A stretch of 64,000 nt of DNA from Pecten maximus (Eukaryota): NCBI RefSeq assembly GCF_902652985.1, contig NC_047018.1:22134001-22198000 (forward strand), in the 5' to 3' direction. The notes beneath the pieces were generated by a model. That model saw nothing but the letters and a program-made list of their open reading frames with translations, was not told the DNA's origin and searched no databases. Below, one piece after another: positions 57,901 to 64,000 of this stretch. Each line of letters starts with the position of its first letter. Position 1 is the first letter of the stretch. A program made the position numbers and the translations under genes.

Positions 57901-58524
57901 GTTCAGTGGCATAGCTTTGGCATATGTGTGAGGTATGGTGAGGTTAATGGGATGGGACACTCATACTTAGAATTGGTACTGAGAATTCTTGAGGAATGGT
58001 TGCCATGGATATGGTTAGGGGGTACTTGATCACTTATATGTCAACATTGCTGATGTTCAGTTTTTTGATAAGATATTGAAGGTATGGGGTTACCAGACTG
58101 AGCATATGGGTGTAATTTGAGACTGGTTTGCTTCCAGGTTAGTACCCCTGTACTCCTCCTAGTTAACATTCATCGAGAAAGTTGAATGCTTTTTGATATG
58201 CTATCCATGTTTTCTCATTTACACTGACATTGTTGGTAATTTCCAGACGGTGATGCAGACCGTGAGATAGAGATCTATGAGGAGGAGCAGTTTAGTTCTT
58301 ATGATAGGGATGGTGATGGAAAACTAAACCGTGAAGAGATTATGGAGTGGGTGTTACCTAGCAACAGAGAAGCTGCTTTAGAAGAAGCACAACATCTGAT
58401 ACAGCATGCAGACACAGATAAGGACGGAAAACTTACGGAGGAGGAAATGGTGGACAAACACGATGAATTTGTTGGTAGTCAGGCAACAAATTATGGAGGG
58501 TATCTACCTAAGGATGAATTATAA
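54793..58524 (+). CDS. CREC-family ER calcium-binding protein (reticulocalbin-2/calumenin-like), 316 aa, 5 coding exons
   Basis: Exons 54793-54955, 55716-55863, 56813-56978, 57580-57775 and 58247-58524 splice in frame (951 nt). Signal peptide, FDHEAILG motif, six EF-hand loops, VGSQATNYG, C-terminal KDEL. Confidence 0.93.
55716..55863 (+). CDS. CREC gene coding exon 2 (EF-hand 1, not in the ORF track)
   Basis: SKELEEEFDTLAPEEAQRRLRLLYKQMDEDKDSFVTEEELMKWVMGSF. TTTGCAG acceptor, GTAAGT donor. Confidence 0.92.
56464..56776 (+). mobile_element. Degenerate intronic SINE (Meta-type core suspected)
   Basis: Decayed head, CCTACCTAATGCTCAGCATT core-like motif, and a tail GCCGTTGATATAATGTTAAAC related to the tail at 21385-21406. 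Confidence 0.4.
56813..56978 (+). CDS. CREC gene coding exon 3 (EF-hand 2)
   Basis: DKDTDGKLTWHEY, phase 2 to 0. Confidence 0.92.
57292..57338 (+). mobile_element. 3' tail fragment of the SINE family seen at 21210-21414
   Basis: TGGCACGTCCTTAAATGA(T)CCTG(A)CTGTTAAT matches 21363-21394. Confidence 0.75.
57580..57775 (+). CDS. CREC gene coding exon 4 (EF-hands 3-4)
   Basis: DLNKDEVLDAEE, FTHP, DKDGDGYISKLE. Confidence 0.92.
58247..58524 (+). CDS. CREC gene coding exon 5 (EF-hands 5-6, KDEL)
   Basis: DRDGDGKLNREE, DTDKDGKLTEEE, PKDEL-stop. Confidence 0.93.
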
Positions 58525-58807
58525 AAATACTTAAATAGGTTCAGTTTAAGTTATATTTTAATGTTTTTATTTTTTTATCATCTTTAAGTTTCAGATACAT
58601 TATGTTATTAAAACATTATACAAAATTAGCTTTATGACAAACTACCCAATCCACTGCAATATTTTCTTATTCAAGATTTCACTATGTTAATAATATTATT
58701 GATTCTTCTATCCAGCAATAAGCTTACCCATAGCTTATCTTCAATATAAATGCCAACAAAAGGTCAAAGGTCAAATGCTAGTATTTCATTGGCATGTATG
58801 AACTTCT

Positions 58808-59649
58808 ATTAGATATTCTAACACGATTCGTTTGCAACGCATGTTTTGATTGGTTGCGGACCGACTTCTAATCTGCGATAGAACCATGACATATCGTGTT
58901 AAGCCACGCCCCGTTTCTAATCAAAACAATATGGCGTCAAGTTCGACTCGTAGCGAAATTCAACACTCTGCACCATTTATGATTGATGACCCGTGATATT
59001 GGAATCGAAAATGAAGAAAACGAATAGAATGAATTAACTTGCTAAATTTAACAAAAATCGTTAACATCATTCTTACCGTCATTTATTGATTGAAACGTTC
59101 ATGCCGTCCGTGTGAAAGCATCTAAGGTCAAGTAAAATCCGAAATGAAATGGAACAAGTGCACACAACTTCCCAGAACGATTGAGCCTGTAGAAACACAT
59201 CAACCCTGACTTTGTTAAAATGCACATGTCGTTAAGCATACTGCGTAAATCCAAATATGTCTTTAAATCTTCGGAAACAGGACTTTCACAACAATCCAAA
59301 TACCCCGCTTCGTTAACATACAGACCGAGCTCTCGACAGTATGGGCGTGGTCAATTGACCGCCTTTGATAGCTTCTCTCTGATTGGTCAATCTGCCACAG
59401 TATGAGACGTCACTAACGGAGGTCACAGAGTACTTAACAGCGTACTTGTAGCACTGTAAAACAATGTTTCTAAATATATGCGATAGTAAACGTGTTAGAA
59501 TGGGGATAGTACGTTGTTTTTCGTGGCTATACTGGCGATTAGAACATGAAATTTGGTTTAAACTCTCGACCTATCGGTCTCGAGTTCAAACCAAATTTCA
59601 TGTTCTAATCGCCAGTATAGCCACTCAAAACAACGTACTATCCCCTAAT
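58808..59649. mobile_element. Non-autonomous element with asymmetric inverted repeats and a terminal 144-bp hairpin (Crypton-like layout)
   Basis: ATTCTAACACG (58815-58825) is inverted at CGTGTTAGAAT (59491-59501), directly followed by the palindrome 59502-59645. Outer ATTAG/CTAAT ends. The family name is inference. Confidence 0.65.
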
Positions 59650-60061
59650 CATGTGTTGGCCCTGAGCTTATTATTGCAGGATCAGTTTCCATTATATGTG
59701 TAGTGACTTTAATACTCAAAATGCTTTATTTTTTCAAAATACCTTCCAATTAGCTCAAATTCCATGGTCTTGCCAAAAGTTTGATTGGTAAAAAAAAGAT
59801 ATTTTTTTCTGGAAATTGTGAAAAATTGTAAATTCTCTATTATATTAGCTCCCAGGGTATCAATTTTACTCCATATATAATAGAAACAGAACCCCTAGGA
59901 AACAACAACCTTTACACTTGATCACTTCATCTGTATTACAGGAGAATTAATAGTTTATACTGTTTTATGAGAGGTTATGTACCTTACCAGTGATAGTCTG
60001 GTAATTTGGAGCTTTCATTCATAATACTTTCATGGCCATTCTGGTTGAAATATTTCTTTTG

Positions 60062-60637
60062 TATTCAGTGGTAATAATAACCTAGTGGTATTCCAGTGGT
60101 AACAGTAACCTAGTGGTATTCGGTGGTAATAGTACCTCAGTGGTATTCCAGTGGTAAGAGTACCTCAGTGGTATTCCAGTGGTAATAGTACCTCAGTGGT
60201 ATTCCAGTGGTAATAGTACCTCATTGGTATTCTAGTGGTAATATAATAGTATCCTAGTGGTATTCCAGTGGTAATAGTACCTCAGTGGTATTCCAGTGGT
60301 AATAGTACCTCAGTGGTATTCGATGGTCAGTATCCTAGTGGTATTCCAATGATAACAGTATCCTGGTGGTATCACAGTGGTAATAGTATCCTGGTGTTAT
60401 TCCAGTGGTAACAGTAACCTAGTGGTATTCCAGTGGTAATAGTACCTGAGTGGTATTCCAGTGATAATAGTAACCAAGTGGTATTCCAGTGGTAACAGTA
60501 ACCTAGTGGTATTCCAGTGGTAACAGTAACCAAGTGGTATTCCAGTTGTGGTTGTATCCCGGTATCCTAGTGGTATTCCAGTGATAATAGTATCCTAGTG
60601 GTATTCCAGTGATAATAGTATCCTAGTGGTATTTCAC
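60062..60637. repeat. 28-bp minisatellite (AGTGGTATTCCAGTGGTAATAGTACCTC), about 20 units
   Basis: 28-bp periodicity, with an internal AGTGGTA sub-repeat. Confidence 0.95.
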
Positions 60638-63620
60638 TCAACAAAGAATTTATGTTATAACATCTTGACAGCATTGTATTGATTTCATTATGTTTGAGTA
60701 AAAGGAAATAAAGAAAGTGTGTGTCTAGTCTCCATTCCTATACCTTGGCCATTTCACAAAATACGTTTGTAAATATATTCTGAAAAGTTTTTTTTTACTG
60801 TATATTTCAACCTTTTTCTTGAATGTATTACAGTTGTGTAATTATCTATGAACTTTTCCAACAATGCATTCACTTGTTCAGATAGAAATTATTTCTAAAC
60901 ATAAACCCTGAGGTGTTTTTAAAGCTGAAATCTAATCTGAATATGATTTTGGGTACTGGAAACTTTTATACAGTTAGGAACCATTTTAAGGATATTGGAA
61001 ATCAAAACAATTTTTGTTGGAATGATTCAGTAACATATATATTTGTCAAATTTGTAATCAGAGACAACCTTTGGCAAATCAACTCTTTATACAGGATAAT
61101 CTGAATCAGTATGGTCTCTCAACAGAGGCTGTTTCATTGTAGTGATGGTCTCTATATTATATAAAAGTATGATTAGCCCCTTGTACAGCTACAGTTCACA
61201 TGACAGTAACTGAAATGAATTGTAAAAATTTGACCATATAGTATTATGTGTATTAGTAAGATCAAACTCTTTTTTTTTTCTTCTTGTTTTACATTTTCCC
61301 TAATTATACAATTTGCGATGTACATTTTATAAAGCAGTGTATCATAGTGATGCACTTTGTCAATTATACATTAGTGTTATTCTATCACAATTTGTTTTTT
61401 GTTTGAATTTTTCTTGTCCAACAAAGAAATGCATTCCAATAGAGGTACTTTATAATAACAAGCTTATTTATGGCTTATTTGATTAATTATGGCAGCAATT
61501 TGAATTTTTTTCAAAATTTGTCTGCAGACTGGTGCTCTAAAATGATGAAATGGTACATCAATGTGTGTACAACACCACGTATCTGTTAGAATCAGTTGGT
61601 GGGAATGTTTTCTTTAGATATGAATATCTATATATAGATATTATTTATTTTCACGAAGGGATCAAAGTCAAACTCTATGATATAGTGTTTTTATATTTCT
61701 AATATTTAATACTTATCGACCAAACATTAAGTCTGTTTAATTGAACCACTTGTGTAAAAACTTCACCAGATCTGTAAATCCATGTTCCTGGTATACGCTG
61801 TATCAATAAGCTGTATTAAAATATTTCACAGATTTTTGTCCATCTTCTGTACCATTTGATTTCCTCTTAGAATTTTCAGTGCAAAAATAAATATTCTTTT
61901 CCCCAAGATTAGTGGGGTTTTTCTAGGTTTGGAGGAATTGTAAAGAATAAAACAAGTAAGTCCCAATTTAATAAGTTGATATTATTAATTAGGCATTTAA
62001 CCTGCCAAGATAGAACTTATAGTAGCTATAAGCTGTTTTTCATGAAATAGTTTAAAATTTCATTCAGAGAATATGTTTTTATGTATGAACGAATTAAAAT
62101 CACAATTATTAAATGTGAAGAAGTTTAATTTCAGTAGTTATACATTTATATTTTAAACTCTGTCCTCAAACAGTTTAGAGCTCAATGCTAAAATTGGACA
62201 CAACAATAATATAAAAACTGTTTAAATTGTTGACAAATGAAAATTCAGAGTTTGTGAATGCTATTGTAAGTTGTGTACACTGTATGGAAGTGTTGTAAAT
62301 ACCATAAGACCTTGATTGACTGCCATTAAACCTTATTATGTTACTGAAACCTCCTTATTCTGTCATAAACCTTGTTATAGTGCCACCACTTACCGTATTA
62401 AAAAAAAAGATAAGTTATGAATATGCATCAAGTCCAATGTTGTTCACATAGAAAACCAGGTCTTGGATTTAGTGTTCTCACAAACTTCACAGGGTGATCC
62501 TCCTGTGGTTGCTACAGATGGAATAAATCTATCTCGCACGGGGTGTTAAAGACAACTGACACATTCTATGATGCTACTCACAATAACATAAAATCATCAT
62601 TTTATGTAACGTAACCATGTCGCAAATTGATAATATCATCAAATTTAAGTAAAGTATGTGAGAAAAATAATCAAACATGGGCCTATGCTGTAAATAGAGA
62701 TTTATCAACCCTGGCATAAGAGTTTGTCTGGCCTGTATTTGACAAGCCTTGCACTGACCAGCCCAACGCTTGTGCTCCGATTAAGATATCCTTGCCTAAG
62801 GAACAGGCCCATGTAGGATTCTATTATTCTTTAAGTGAGGTGGCAAATTATGTCAAAGTTTGACAGTTAAATATATTTTAAGATCATGTGTATTATACAA
62901 AATAACCCTATTTTAATGGCATTTTGGTACTAGCCAAGTCTGTTTTATTTATTATCGTGGACATGTTTGAAAGTTGATAAAATATTGAATGTATGTTTTA
63001 TATGAAAATTCAAGCTTTTCTAATGAAAAATGCTTTATCAATGCTGTACAAATGAAAGGATCAAAATATCACCTGTGTCAGATTGGCATGCATGTATGCC
63101 TAAAATCAAAACTGTGCAATACTATACAATTAAACGACAGTTATTTTATTCCGTTTTTGTTCAGTTTTATTTGTTTATATGGAGGTAAGAGAAAACACAA
63201 GACAGATCAATGTATATTTTGCTTTTTTCCTATTTGCAATTGCTTTTAAGCCCAAATGTCAAATGTCGATGGCTTTTTGATGATTGAGGGGATATATAGC
63301 TTCATGACGTTTTCCTTTACAACCAGAACGCTACATTTAGTTAAAGTGACAAAAGTACATGGTAAAGGGAGCAAGATCACAAAACAGGAAAAGTATTTGT
63401 AAAATAACTTAACACTTGATTTTTTTAAAATGATCGCAGACATGTTCTCGTTCTGACGAACGCTTTTGTACGTTTTACCTACGATTTCTCTTCGTTTTCT
63501 CTTCGCTTCCCTTCTTTAACCAATCTTTAAAATAACGTTTTCTTTCACATACGATGAAAATAAACCGTTTTAAAGGAATTTAAATTTTTAGATTTTGTAT
63601 CATTTGACCTCCGTGAATCG

Positions 63621-63924
63621 TGTATCTCGTACCTTGTATAGTGTTAACTGTACCTGTATCTCGTACCTTGTATCGTGTTAACTGTACCTGTATCTCGCAC
63701 CTTGTATCGTGTTAACTGTACCTGTATCTCGTACCTTGTATCGTGTTAACTGTACCTGTATCTCGTACCTTGTATCGTGTTAACTGTACTTGTGTCTTGC
63801 ACCTTGTACCGTGTTAAGTGTACCTGTATCTCGTACCTTGTATCGTGTTAACTGTACCTGTATCTCGTACCTTGTATCGTGTTAACTGTACCTGTGTCTT
63901 GCACCTTGTACCGTGTTACTGTAC
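63621..63924. repeat. 34-bp minisatellite (TGTATCTCGTACCTTGTATCGTGTTAACTGTACC), about 9 units
   Basis: 34-bp periodicity (63621, 63655, …). Confidence 0.95.
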
Positions 63925-64000
63925 TAATGGTTTACATATTTTATTCTCCAAGCTGGAAAAAAACTATAAATATGTGAATACATATACAATTATGGCTAAG

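Noticed and set aside
59099-59703. Short ORFs inside the hairpin element
   Set aside because: No recombinase or transposase motifs, and one ORF simply runs through the palindrome.

Overview
AT-rich, intron-containing animal genomic DNA. The repeat landscape (CR1-group LINE, tRNA/V-domain SINEs, Helentron-type and foldback elements) suggests a mollusc, probably a bivalve; this is inference. Three protein genes are supported. (1) A minus-strand intronless 162-aa ORF (11921-12409) with basophilic kinase sites and candidate PP1-docking motifs. (2) A minus-strand gene of about 31 exons (about 18757-49745) that I spliced by hand into a type I membrane protein of about 1,700 aa: signal peptide, four [6-Cys EGF-like + kringle + CCP] cassettes, 19 CCP/sushi domains in total, one TM helix and a short tyrosine-motif tail. 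Every domain sits on its own phase-1/phase-1 exon. (3) A divergently transcribed plus-strand CREC-family (reticulocalbin/calumenin-like) gene, 316 aa, with six EF-hands and C-terminal KDEL (54793-58524). Non-coding content includes a 5.9-kb 29-bp satellite, several minisatellites, two foldback MITE-like elements, a Crypton-like element with a long hairpin, and a young 5'-truncated LINE with a 13-bp target-site duplication nested in a Helentron-type element. The most unusual signals are the receptor architecture and a 43-bp minisatellite that is an amplified copy of one of its 3' splice sites, with units carrying acceptor + in-frame stop + AATAAA. All coordinates were read by eye, and no database searches were run.
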